Positions 20,292-29,626 of a stretch of 64,000 nucleotides of DNA are shown here, piece after piece. The DNA is from an uncultured Chloroflexia bacterium. GTDB lineage: Bacteria > Chloroflexota > Limnocylindria > Limnocylindrales > CSP1-4. The stretch covers positions 64,001-128,000 of the forward strand of contig CAVXPZ010000001.1 of assembly GCA_963763775.1 (NCBI GenBank), written 5' to 3'. Position numbers and translations under genes: made by a program. Each line of letters starts with the position of its first letter. Within the stretch, counting starts at the first letter, position 1. The notes beneath the pieces are model-generated. The model saw only the letters and a program-made list of their open reading frames with translations, was not told the DNA's origin and did no database searches.

Positions 20292-21297
20292 ATGGCGGCG
20301 GCCGATCCCACCGGTAGCCGCATCGCCGCGACGGAGATCGCGGACCGTGTCCGCGATTGGCTCGCGACCCTGGACACACGTCAGCGCTCGCGAGCCGTCT
20401 TCCCGTTCGGCACGTCCGAACGATCCGTCTGGGGCTACGTCCCGGGACCACGTGAGGGCATGGCGCTCGGTGCGATGGACGCGGCGCAACGAGCGGCCGC
20501 GATCGCGATCGTGACGACCGCGATGAGCCCTCGGGGCGCGGCCGAGATCGCGTCCGTCATCGCGCTCGAGACGATCCTCGGTGACCTCGAGCGCGACGGT
20601 GGCCGACCCGGCTGGATCCGACGCGACCCGGACCTCTACTGGTTCGCCGTGTTCGGAGAGCCCCGAACGTGGCTCGCCGTGGTCGTGGCGGGTCGGTGGC
20701 CACCACATCGCGATCCAGCAAACCTTCGTCGGGCCGACCGCGATCGGGAGCGGTCCGTCGTTCCTGGGTGCCAACCCGGCGGTCGTGCCCCAGGGCCCGT
20801 CGGCGGGCGCCCGCGCCCTCACGGGCGAGGAGACACTGGCACACGAGCTGCTCACGAGCCTGACGCCCGGACAACGGCGCATCGCGGTCGCGGACGCGGT
20901 CGCGCCGCCGGACATCCGGAGCGGAGCCGGTCCACGCGCCGACGTGCGCGACATCCCGTTCGGCCTGCGCCACGACGCCCTGGACGACGCGCAGCGCGAC
21001 CGGCTCGAACGCCTGATCCGCCACTACCTGGACCGAGCCCGGACCGAGGTCGCGGCGATGGAGTGGGAGCGGATCCTTGAGGCCGGTCTCGGGGACGTGA
21101 CCTTCGCGTGGGCCGGGTCGGACGCGCCGGGCCAAGGTCACTACTACGCCGTCCGGGGTCCGCGGTTCCTCATCGAGTACGACAACACCCAGAACGGCGC
21201 GAACCACATCCACTCGGTCTGGCGTGACCTGGCCAACGACTGGGGCGAGGACCTGCTGGCCGCGCACTACCGGGCCGGGCACCCGCCGGCGCCGTAG
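20292..21297 (+). CDS. DUF3500 family protein; apparent frameshift near 20665
   Basis: RDPDLYWFAVFGEP, then in a new frame WSWRVGGHH, YYAVRGP..IEYDNTQNGANHIHSVWRD. Confidence 0.85.
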
Positions 21298-21303
21298 CCC
21301 TCG

Positions 21304-21331
21304 GGAACCTTTTGGGCCCGTCGCGACGACT
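21304..21331 (+). promoter_or_regulatory. Putative ECF-sigma promoter (autoregulatory)
   Basis: GGAACC-17 nt-CGACT just upstream of the ECF sigma gene. Confidence 0.5.
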
Positions 21332-21369
21332 ACCATCCTGAGCGCGGCGACCGTCGCCGCGCCGGCACG

Positions 21370-21945
21370 ATGAGGGTGGCCGTGGACCAGCGAGAGCTCG
21401 TCGAGCGAGCGCAGCGAGGCGATCATGACGCCTTCGCCGAGCTCGCCCGCGTGTTCGTCGCGCGGCTGGACGCGGCGGCCCGACTCATCCTCCGGGACCA
21501 CGAGCTCGCGCGAGACGCGGTCCAGGAGGGCTTCATCCGAGCCTGGAAGAACCTGCCGACGCTTCGCGATCCGGATCGCTTCGAAGGCTGGCTCCGCAGT
21601 CTCGTCTTCCGCTCCTGTGTCGACGTCCTTCGACGTCGAGGCCGCCGACCGATCGAGGTCGAGCTGCTGCCGGCGGATTCGCCGGCGGTCGCCGACATCT
21701 CGTCGATCGTGGCCGACCGCGAATTGCTCGACCTGGCGCTCCGGCGCCTGCCGCCCGAGCAACGCGCGGTCGTCGTCCTGCACTACTACCTCGGGATGTC
21801 GTTGCCCGACGTGGCGACGACCCTCGGGATCCCCGTCGGGACCGCGAAGTCCCGCCATCACCGGTCGCTGGCCGCCATGCGGGCGGCGATCGACATCGAC
21901 GCGGATGTCTCGACATCTCCGGTCGCGGGAGGGCAGTTCGCATGA
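21370..21945 (+). CDS. ECF RNA polymerase sigma-70 factor
   Basis: ARDAVQE, FEGWL, LPPEQRAVVVLHY, VGTAKSR. Confidence 0.92.
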   Translation: MRVAVDQRELVERAQRGDHDAFAELARVFVARLDAAARLILRDHELARDAVQEGFIRAWKNLPTLRDPDRFEGWLRSLVFRSCVDVLRRRGRRPIEVELLPADSPAVADISSIVADRELLDLALRRLPPEQRAVVVLHYYLGMSLPDVATTLGIPVGTAKSRHHRSLAAMRAAIDIDADVSTSPVAGGQFA

Positions 21946-23226
21946 CCGCCTTCGACCGGGTCGAGCGTCGCCTGCCCGAGCTCATGGACGAGCTCGCGTC
22001 GGCCAGCGTCCCCGACTACTTCGACGACATGCTCCAGCAAGCGGCGCGGACTCGTCAGCGCCCCGCCTGGAGCGCCCTGGAAAGGTGGCTCCCCATGGGC
22101 GAGATCGCCCGACCCCTCCCGATGCGCCCCATCCCGTGGCGCCCGATCGCGGTCCTCGCGTTGATCGGGCTGCTCCTCGCCGCGAGCGCGGTCTACGTCG
22201 GCTCGGCACGTCGTGTGCCGACCCCGTTCGGCGCAGCCACGAACGGGCTGATGTTCTATCACGGCGCGGACGGCGTCATCTACGCGGCGGACCCCCAGGG
22301 CGAGACGACCCGGCCCGTCGTGCACGGTGCCGAATCGTACGAATACCCGATCCTGTCCCGGGACGGCCGGCGGATCCTGTATGACCACACCGACGGGACG
22401 ACCTCGACCCTCTACGTCGCCGACGTGGACGGGTCGAACCCGCATCCGCTCGCTGGCACGCACCAGGGCTGGTCGTGGGCCGAGTGGTCGCCGGACGGCC
22501 GCCAGGTCGCGATCATCTCGACGGTCGCCGGTGTCCAGGCGCTGTCGGTCCTGGAGGCCGACGGTTCCGGGGCGCGGACCCTGCCGCTGGGTCGTGACGT
22601 GAAGCTGGCCTACTACCTGCCGGACGGGCGGTTCGCGCTCGTGGCCGCCGAGACGCCAGGCCAGGCCTGCCGCCCCGACGACGGCACGAGTCGATGCGCG
22701 CTGATGGTGGCGAACGCCGACGGGACGAACGCTCGAGACGATCCTGTCGGCGGCCGAGTATTCGGGTCTGAGCCTGTCGCCGTCGCCCGACGGCAAGAGC
22801 CTGCTCTACGTCCGCTGGGTGCCTGACGTAGAGCCGGGTCGGCTCCACGTGGTCGACATCGCGACCAAGCACGATCAGGCCTTGACGATCACCAACGAAG
22901 CGGCCGAGGAGAACATCAATGAGGCCGAGTACTCGCCGGACGGGAGCCACATCCTGTTCGACCGGTACGAGGCGACCGGCGAACACTGGGCGGTCGTGCC
23001 GGCCGCGGGCGGTACGGCCGTCAATGTCGGGCCGGCTTGGCCGCCCCGTCCGGACAGCACCGTGCCGGAAGCGCACTTCTCGCCCGACGGGGCATCGGTC
23101 CTGAGCTTCTATCCCACGACCGATGGCGCGGGCGAACTCTGGCTCCTCGATGCCACGGGCAGGACGCAGCGTCGACTCACGCTTCCCGCGACGTACGCGC
23201 CCGCGTGGCAGCGCACGGCGCCCTGA
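21942..23226 (+). CDS. Single-TM protein with extracytoplasmic TolB/PD40 repeats, probable anti-sigma factor; frameshift near 22735
   Basis: Short cytoplasmic N-terminus, TM AVLALIGLLLAASAVYV, repeated SRDG/WSPDG/YSPDG/FSPDG; ATGA overlap with sigma. Confidence 0.75.
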
Positions 23227-23240
23227 CGGTCGTCACGGAC

Positions 23241-24779
23241 CTAGGCGTCGGCGGTCGAGACCTCGGCAGCCGGCGCCGTCGGCGCCGCCTCGTCCGTCGC
23301 CGCAACGGCAGGGGTCTCGCCCCGCAGCCAGCGGTCGATCGCGGCGGCGGACCGCTTTCCGTCGCCCATCGCGAGGATCACGGTCGCGGAGCCGCGGACG
23401 ATGTCCCCGCCGGCGAACACGCCGGGCAGGCTCGTCATGCCGTCCTCGTTCGTCACGATGTAGCCCCACTCGTTGACGTCGAGGTCCGGGGCCGCGGCGC
23501 GGAGCAGGGGATTGGAACGTGTGCCGATCGCCACGACGACCATGTCGCAGTCGATGACGAACTCGGAGTCGGGCATCGGCTCGGGCCGGCGCCGGCCGGA
23601 CGCATCGGGCTCGCCGAGCGCCATCCGCTGGCAGCGCAGGCCTATGACCCAGTGGTCGTCGTCCCCGATGACCTCGAGTGGCGCGACCTGGAGGTCGAAG
23701 CGGATCCCCTCTTGCTCGGCGTGATGGACCTCTTCCGCCCGGGCGGGGAGCTCGTCGTGACCGCGGCGGTAGACGATGATCGCCTCGGCCGCGCCCAGCC
23801 GCTTTGCCGTCCGGACGGCGTCCATCGCCACGTTCCCGCCACCGACGACGACGACCCGTTGACCGTGGAGTACGGGCGTGTCGCTGTCGGCGCCCCACGC
23901 GCCCATGAGGTTGACGCGGGTCAGGTACTCGTTCGCGGAGTAGACGCCCTTGAGGTTCTCCCCCGGGATGTCCATGAACACCGGCAGCCCGGCACCGACC
24001 GCGAGGAAGACCGCGTCGAAGCGCTCACGCAGCTCGGCGAGGGTGTAGGTCTTGCCGATGATCGCGTTGGTCTCGATCTTGACGCCGCTCTCGACGAGCC
24101 GGGCGACCTCGCGCTCGACGATGTCGTTCGGCAGCCGGAACTCCGGGATCCCATAGATGAGCACGCCGCCCGCGGCATGGAAGGCCTCGAAGACGGTGAC
24201 CTGATAGCCCATCTTCGCCAGCTCGCCGGCGGCCGTCAGGCCGGCCGGCCCGGAGCCGACGATCGCGACGGACTTGTCACGCGTGGCTGGACTGGGATGG
24301 GCCAGAGCCTCCGGGTGAGTCCCCGCCCAGTCCGCCACATAGCGCTCGAGCGAGCCGATCGCGACCGGCGCGCCCTTCTTGCCGCGGAGGCACAGGCCCT
24401 CGCACTGGGTCTCCTGCGGGCAGACTCGGCCGGTCACGCACGGCAGCGCGTTGTCGTCGAGGAGCGATCCGGCCGCCGCGGCCATGTCGCCGCGACGCAG
24501 GTGGTCGATGAACCGCGGGATGTTCACGCGGACCGGGCAGCCGTCGATGCACTTGGGGTTCTTGCACTGCAGGCACCGTTCGGCCTCGAGCATCGCCAGA
24601 TGCTCGGTGAAGCCGAGGTTGACCTCCTCGAACGAGTGCGAGCGCCGATCCGGGTCCTCCTCGGGCATCGACACGCGGTCGATGGCCATCCGCTGCCGAG
24701 GGTCGAGGGCGACGTCCTCGCCGGCGAGGATGCGCCGGACGAGGTCCTGGATGTCCGAGGCCGGCTTCGGATCCGTCAT
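23241..24779 (-). CDS. nfnB: NfnB / GltD-like large subunit of NADH-dependent reduced ferredoxin:NADP+ oxidoreductase
   Basis: RCLQCKNPKCIDGCPV, GRVCPQETQCE, GSGPAG, YGIPEFRLP, GGGNVAMD. Confidence 0.85.
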   Translation of the reverse strand: MTDPKPASDIQDLVRRILAGEDVALDPRQRMAIDRVSMPEEDPDRRSHSFEEVNLGFTEHLAMLEAERCLQCKNPKCIDGCPVRVNIPRFIDHLRRGDMAAAAGSLLDDNALPCVTGRVCPQETQCEGLCLRGKKGAPVAIGSLERYVADWAGTHPEALAHPSPATRDKSVAIVGSGPAGLTAAGELAKMGYQVTVFEAFHAAGGVLIYGIPEFRLPNDIVEREVARLVESGVKIETNAIIGKTYTLAELRERFDAVFLAVGAGLPVFMDIPGENLKGVYSANEYLTRVNLMGAWGADSDTPVLHGQRVVVVGGGNVAMDAVRTAKRLGAAEAIIVYRRGHDELPARAEEVHHAEQEGIRFDLQVAPLEVIGDDDHWVIGLRCQRMALGEPDASGRRRPEPMPDSEFVIDCDMVVVAIGTRSNPLLRAAAPDLDVNEWGYIVTNEDGMTSLPGVFAGGDIVRGSATVILAMGDGKRSAAAIDRWLRGETPAVAATDEAAPTAPAAEVSTADA

Positions 24780-25645
24780 CGGGCGCTCTCTGCCTCGGCG
24801 CGCTCGGCCCCGACCGCCATCGCCGGGATGCGGCAGGCCTCGCGCTTGGCCATCGCCTCCTGTTCGAACGACCGGTACGTCGTCAGGCGGTCGGCCAGCA
24901 GGGCGAAATCGACCTGGTGCCCGTCGAACTCGGGGCCGTCAACGCAGGCGTAGCGGGTCTCGCCGCCGACCGAGACGCGACAGCCGCCGCACATCCCGGT
25001 CCCGTCGACCATGATCGCGTTGAGCGAGACCGTGGTCGGCACGCCGTACCCGCGCGTGAGCTCGCTGACGGCACGCATCATCGGCACCGGGCCGACCGCG
25101 TAGACGGCGTCGGCGCCGACCGAGAGGACGTCCGCGAGCGCGTCCGTGACAAAGCCGGGTCGGCCGTAGCTCCCGTCGTCGGTGCAGGCGATCACGTCGC
25201 CGCAGCGTGCCAGCTCCGGCTCGAGGATCACCCACTCGCGCGAGCGACCCCCGATGATGCTGGTGACCCGGACCCCTAGCCGCTGGAGGCCCTGGGCGAT
25301 GGGCAGGATGACGGCCGTCCCGACGCCGCCGCCCACGCAGATGGCGTGTCCGGCCTCGATGAGCTCGGTCGGGCTCCCGAGCGGTCCCGCGACGTCCGTG
25401 ATGGCGTCGCCCGGGCGAAGGTCCACGAGGTCGGCTGTGGACTTCCCGATGGACTGGATGATGAGCGTGATCGTGCCTGCGACCGGGTCCGTGTCGGCGA
25501 TCGTCAATGGGATGCGTTCCGCCCCTGGCCCCAGCCGGACGATGACGAACTGGCCGGGCCGCCGGACCTCGGCGATCCGGGGCGCCTCGACGACGAGGCG
25601 AGTGACGTTCGGTGAGAGCTGCTCGGCGGAGACGATCGGGTGCAT
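24776..25645 (-). CDS. nfnA: NfnA / PyrK-like FAD and 2Fe-2S small subunit
   Basis: PGQFVI, ERIPLTI, GPLG, GGGVG, MVDGTGMCGGCRV..CVDGPEF; overlap with nfnB. Confidence 0.85.
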   Translation of the reverse strand: MHPIVSAEQLSPNVTRLVVEAPRIAEVRRPGQFVIVRLGPGAERIPLTIADTDPVAGTITLIIQSIGKSTADLVDLRPGDAITDVAGPLGSPTELIEAGHAICVGGGVGTAVILPIAQGLQRLGVRVTSIIGGRSREWVILEPELARCGDVIACTDDGSYGRPGFVTDALADVLSVGADAVYAVGPVPMMRAVSELTRGYGVPTTVSLNAIMVDGTGMCGGCRVSVGGETRYACVDGPEFDGHQVDFALLADRLTTYRSFEQEAMAKREACRIPAMAVGAERAEAESAR

Positions 25646-25978
25646 GTTCAGCCCGTGTCCGACTGCGGTCTTGGTCGACCGTGCCTCGATCGTAGGTGGC
25701 GCGGCCGATCGGCCTGACCCGTCACCCGGCCCGTTTCGGCCGGGCCGAATGTCACGAGCGCCGCGCACCTCGAGCCCTCTAGACTCCGTTGGGCTGGCGC
25801 GATCGACGCGACTGCACCACCACAGGAGGCGAGGACGAGCACCGAGCAGGTCCGCGCGGCGGGTCAGGGCGCCCCGACGGGAGGGCCGTACCCCGACCAG
25901 CCGAGTCGATCGCCCTGGATCGCGCAGCTCGCCCCGGACGGCCCGCCGCGCCGACTCGACTCGGACGCGACCGCCGAT

Positions 25979-27250
25979 GTGGTGATCGTGGGTGCCGGGA
26001 TCGCCGGCGTCGCGACAGCATTCTTCACGCTCAGATCGTCGGCGGCGCAGGTTCTCCTCGTCGAGCGCGACCGCGTCGCCCGTGGCGCCACCGGCAGAAA
26101 CGCCGGGCAACTCACGACCTACTTCGAGCGGCCGCTCGCCGACATCGCCGACGAGTTCGGGTCCGACCTAGCGATCCAGGGACAACGTGCGGTCGACGGT
26201 GCCCACGATCTGCTCGACCTGATGACGGCCGAGGCCGGGACGTCGGTCCGGGTCGAGCGGTTCGTCGGTCACATGGGCATGTTCTCGCTCGACCACCTGC
26301 AGGTGCATCTGCGGAACAACCGACTCCGCCGCGAGTCCGGCCTGCCGACGGAGGCCTGCGCCGTTTCCGACACGGCGCCATTCCTGGATCGGATCCCGCG
26401 AGCATACGAGGGCCTGTACTCGGTCGTGCCGCAGGCCCGCATCCGTGAGCTCCTCGAGACGGCGGACGACCGGTATCGGGCCGTGCTCTCGGACCGCAAG
26501 GGGTGCGTCAACGGAGGAGCCCTGGTGCAGCAGGTCCTCGCCTACCTGGAACGGCGGTACCCGGACCGGTTTCGCTTCGTCGACCACTCGATGGTGAACC
26601 GGGTCGTCGTCGGCCCCGGCCGTGTCGCCGTCCATGCCCTCGGCCATGTCGTGCGAGCGGCGCGCGTCGTCATGTGCACCAACGGGTTCGTCGACCACGT
26701 CATCGAGGCCGAGCCTGGTGAGCCGGTCGGCCTGTCCGACTCGCAGCGGGTCGTTGGCACGATCGGCTACATGGCCGCGATCATCGAGGAGCAGCCTCGC
26801 GCACCTGCGGCGCTGAGCTACATCCGGAACAAGGCGGTGGGCGGCGGTGACACGCCGTACGTCTACGTGACACGCCGGACATACGACCGCTCGGACGACA
26901 TCGTCACGCTCACGTGCATGGGCGGGCCCGAGCACCCGATCGAGAGCGCCAGCTACGACGCCGAGGCGGCCGTGCCTGGGGCGATCATGGACGAGATCGA
27001 CGGGCACCTCCGGCCGTTCGCCCAGTCTCGGCGGCCGCCGGGCCGGCCCTACGACTTCCAGTGGCACGGCCTGATGGGCTACTCGAGCGGGATGGTCCGG
27101 GTCATCGGCGTGGACCCGAGGCACCCGGAACTGCTGTACAACCTCGGCTGCAACGGCGTCGGCTTCCTGCCCTCGATCCACGGCGGCGAGACGGTGGCGA
27201 GACTCCTTGCCGGCGAGCGTCTGCCGCCAAGCGTCTTCGATCCGCGCTGA
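25979..27250 (+). CDS. FAD-dependent oxidoreductase (DAO family); coding frame probably extends upstream to about 25800
   Basis: VIVGAGIAG, GATGRNAG, WHGLMGY, GCNGVG; in-frame SPWIAQL upstream lacks a canonical start. Confidence 0.85.
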   Translation: MVIVGAGIAGVATAFFTLRSSAAQVLLVERDRVARGATGRNAGQLTTYFERPLADIADEFGSDLAIQGQRAVDGAHDLLDLMTAEAGTSVRVERFVGHMGMFSLDHLQVHLRNNRLRRESGLPTEACAVSDTAPFLDRIPRAYEGLYSVVPQARIRELLETADDRYRAVLSDRKGCVNGGALVQQVLAYLERRYPDRFRFVDHSMVNRVVVGPGRVAVHALGHVVRAARVVMCTNGFVDHVIEAEPGEPVGLSDSQRVVGTIGYMAAIIEEQPRAPAALSYIRNKAVGGGDTPYVYVTRRTYDRSDDIVTLTCMGGPEHPIESASYDAEAAVPGAIMDEIDGHLRPFAQSRRPPGRPYDFQWHGLMGYSSGMVRVIGVDPRHPELLYNLGCNGVGFLPSIHGGETVARLLAGERLPPSVFDPR

Positions 27251-27263
27251 GCCGGGCCTCAGG

Positions 27264-28073
27264 CTAGACGCTCGGCTTGCCCTTCGGCCAGTAGAGCTCC
27301 TTCTTGACGTGGAACTCCGGAAACCCGTGGTCCATCAGGGCCGCCTCCGCGTTGAGGATCATGTCCGGGTTGCCGCAGATGTAGACCACGGTCCTGTCCG
27401 GTCGGAGGTGGAGGTCCCGGCAAACGTCGATGACGACCTGCTCGGCTCGTCCCGTCCGGCCGGTCCAGCCCGCGTTGCGCGGATCGCTCGGCCGGCTGAC
27501 GGTCGGCACGTACGTCACCGGGTAGTCGCCGCCCGACTGCAGGGCCTCCAGCTCGTCGCGGTAACCGAGCTCGTCTGCGTACGAGACGCCGTTGAGGACC
27601 ACGGTCTTGCGCGGGGCGCCCGCGAGCATCGTGTCGCGGATCATCGCGATGAACGGGGCGATGCCCGTGCCCGTGGAGACGAAGAGGTGCGTCCGGTCGT
27701 CGTCCGGCTCGAGCATGAACTTGCCCTTCGGCCCGATCATCCGCATCCCGTGCCCGACCGGGAGACGCCACAACAGCGTCGTGAACCGGATGATCGGGAC
27801 GAGCCGGACATACATCTCGTAGCCGGTGTCGCCGGCCTCCCGCGGCGACGACGCCACGGAATATGGGCGCTGCCAGAGCTTGTCGTCGGCGAACACGCCG
27901 ATCGTCATGTACTGCCCGGGCTCGAACGGCGTCGGCTCGCCATCGAACTTCACCCAGATGCGCGCAAGGTCGTGCGTGTAGTCCTCGCGGCGCACGATCG
28001 TGGCGTTGTAGCGCTCGTCGTGGGACTCGATGACGCGCTCGTCGTCGATCGGGGCCTCGAGGAGTTCGGACAT
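27264..28073 (-). CDS. fpr: Ferredoxin--NADP+ reductase (FNR-like)
   Basis: FEPGQY, RPYSVAS, GPKG, TGTGIAPF, ICGNPDM. Confidence 0.85.
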   Translation of the reverse strand: MSELLEAPIDDERVIESHDERYNATIVRREDYTHDLARIWVKFDGEPTPFEPGQYMTIGVFADDKLWQRPYSVASSPREAGDTGYEMYVRLVPIIRFTTLLWRLPVGHGMRMIGPKGKFMLEPDDDRTHLFVSTGTGIAPFIAMIRDTMLAGAPRKTVVLNGVSYADELGYRDELEALQSGGDYPVTYVPTVSRPSDPRNAGWTGRTGRAEQVVIDVCRDLHLRPDRTVVYICGNPDMILNAEAALMDHGFPEFHVKKELYWPKGKPSV

Positions 28074-28192
28074 GGGATGACGCGGCCTCCGGACGGGTCG
28101 TATTCGTCACGCATGGTACCCGTCGCGACCCGACGCGACGGCGTGCCGAAGGTCACGAACCGGTACCGACGCGGAACGGGCCCGGGACGGAG

Positions 28193-28232
28193 TCGAGCGC
28201 GACCCGCGGGAGACAGCGCGGGCCGCGCTCGA
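28193..28232 (-). terminator. GC-rich stem-loop downstream of the 28263-28958 gene
   Basis: TCGAGCGCGaCCCGCG...CGCGGGcCGCGCTCGA inverted repeat, no clear U-tract. Confidence 0.45.
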
Positions 28233-28262
28233 TCGGGTTGCTGGCCTCGACGGAGGTCGTGC

Positions 28263-28958
28263 CTAGGCGGAGCCGATCGTGCAGTCGAACGCGACCGACC
28301 CGGACGCGCGCGACCGGTCACGGTCGATGGTCGAGATGCTCGCGAGCCTGGCGCTCGCCGCGGCTCCACGGGAGCCGGACTTGGTCCCTGGGTCACACGA
28401 CACGTTCGGGTTGAACGGGGCGTACAGGCCCGAGGGGTTGTATTTCCACAGCCAGACGTGCAGCGCCCAGAACGGCGGGATCTCGTAGCGATTCGGGATC
28501 TCCGGATGCAGCCGATCGCCCGTCTTCATGAACATCTGCCCGAAGAGCATGGGGGTCGTGTCGCCGTGGTCCTTGAACCACGCGTCCTGGAAGACCACGT
28601 ACTCGAGGGCGACCAGCTGCAGGCGACCGCGTCGGTCCGGCGCGTAGACGAGCACCTGCGGTCTCGCCGGGTCGAGGCTCGTGGTCAGGTTGTCGGGGTC
28701 GAGCCAGTGGAACCCCATGGCTCCGGTGCCGTCGAGCGAGGCGATGCACTCGTGGAGCGGGACGCCGTCCGGGAACGGCCCATAGCCGGCCTTGGCGGCA
28801 CGATCCGTGGAGTGGAACCGGGCCGTCGCCACGGCGGCCCGCAGGAGGTCCCAGCTGGCGCCGCCGCCGCCATGCGCGGCCGCCCCTGAGACCGCGACCG
28901 AGCCGAGCAGGATCGCCGCGAGGGTGGCGCCAACCAGGCGGCCCGTGCGGCGGTTCAT
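28263..28958 (-). CDS. Secreted conserved hypothetical protein
   Basis: Signal peptide; ATARFH..A..AGY, GAMGFHW, PQVLVY, LHVWLW..NPSG. Confidence 0.8.
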   Translation of the reverse strand: MNRRTGRLVGATLAAILLGSVAVSGAAAHGGGGASWDLLRAAVATARFHSTDRAAKAGYGPFPDGVPLHECIASLDGTGAMGFHWLDPDNLTTSLDPARPQVLVYAPDRRGRLQLVALEYVVFQDAWFKDHGDTTPMLFGQMFMKTGDRLHPEIPNRYEIPPFWALHVWLWKYNPSGLYAPFNPNVSCDPGTKSGSRGAAASARLASISTIDRDRSRASGSVAFDCTIGSA

Positions 28959-29110
28959 GGCCGGACCTTCGTTCGGTCCTCGTCGTGCGTGGCCACCATG
29001 GGGTCCTCCTTCCGGTCGCCGCGGCCTGCGGCCGACGTGCCTGCGGAGCGTCCGCCAGCCACCCCCGCGTCGTCATCGGTCGAACGACCGATGACGGCCA
29101 GGGCGGCGCC

Positions 29111-29371
29111 CTATCCGGTCGGGCCGCATCGACGGCGCCGTCGCTTCACGGCGTGTGGGTGTGGCGATGTGGGCGAGGCATGTGGTGGAGTCGGCGATCG
29201 GGCCGCATCGAGCGGGCCGCATGCATGAGCCGGCGCACGACGCGAGGGATCGCGGAGGCGAGGGACCGGACGGCTCGATCCGCCGCCGTTCACCCGATGG
29301 CCGCCAGCGGCCTCCTGGCGCATCGACTCGATGTGGTGGACGGCAAGGGTCTCGTACGACTTCGGGTTCAT
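29111..29371 (-). CDS. Small hypothetical protein
   Basis: GGAGG SD before ATG; N-terminus LAVHHIESMRQEA looks helical; 3' end uncertain. Confidence 0.45.
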   Translation of the reverse strand: MNPKSYETLAVHHIESMRQEAAGGHRVNGGGSSRPVPRLRDPSRRAPAHACGPLDAARSPTPPHASPTSPHPHAVKRRRRRCGPTG

Positions 29372-29626
29372 GTCGGCCTCCACGCCAACGGCGGTTCTCG
29401 CAGCCGACGATGCCGAGCCGACCGGCGTCCGTCATCGGTCGTTCGGCCGACAACGCCGGCTGGACGCGACCCATCCCGCCGCCCGACGGCCTGGCTCGGC
29501 ACCATCCCGCAACCAAGGCCCACCCCAGTGCGACGGTACAATCGAAGCGCACGACATCGATCGACGTGCGGGCCCGCGCCCCTCCCTCGGCGGCGTGCCC
29601 GCGCTTGACCCTCGGAGGACGTCCCC

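Noticed and set aside
23241-24779. Glutamate synthase small subunit of a GltBD enzyme
   Set aside because: No large subunit nearby, and it is coupled to an NfnA-type gene
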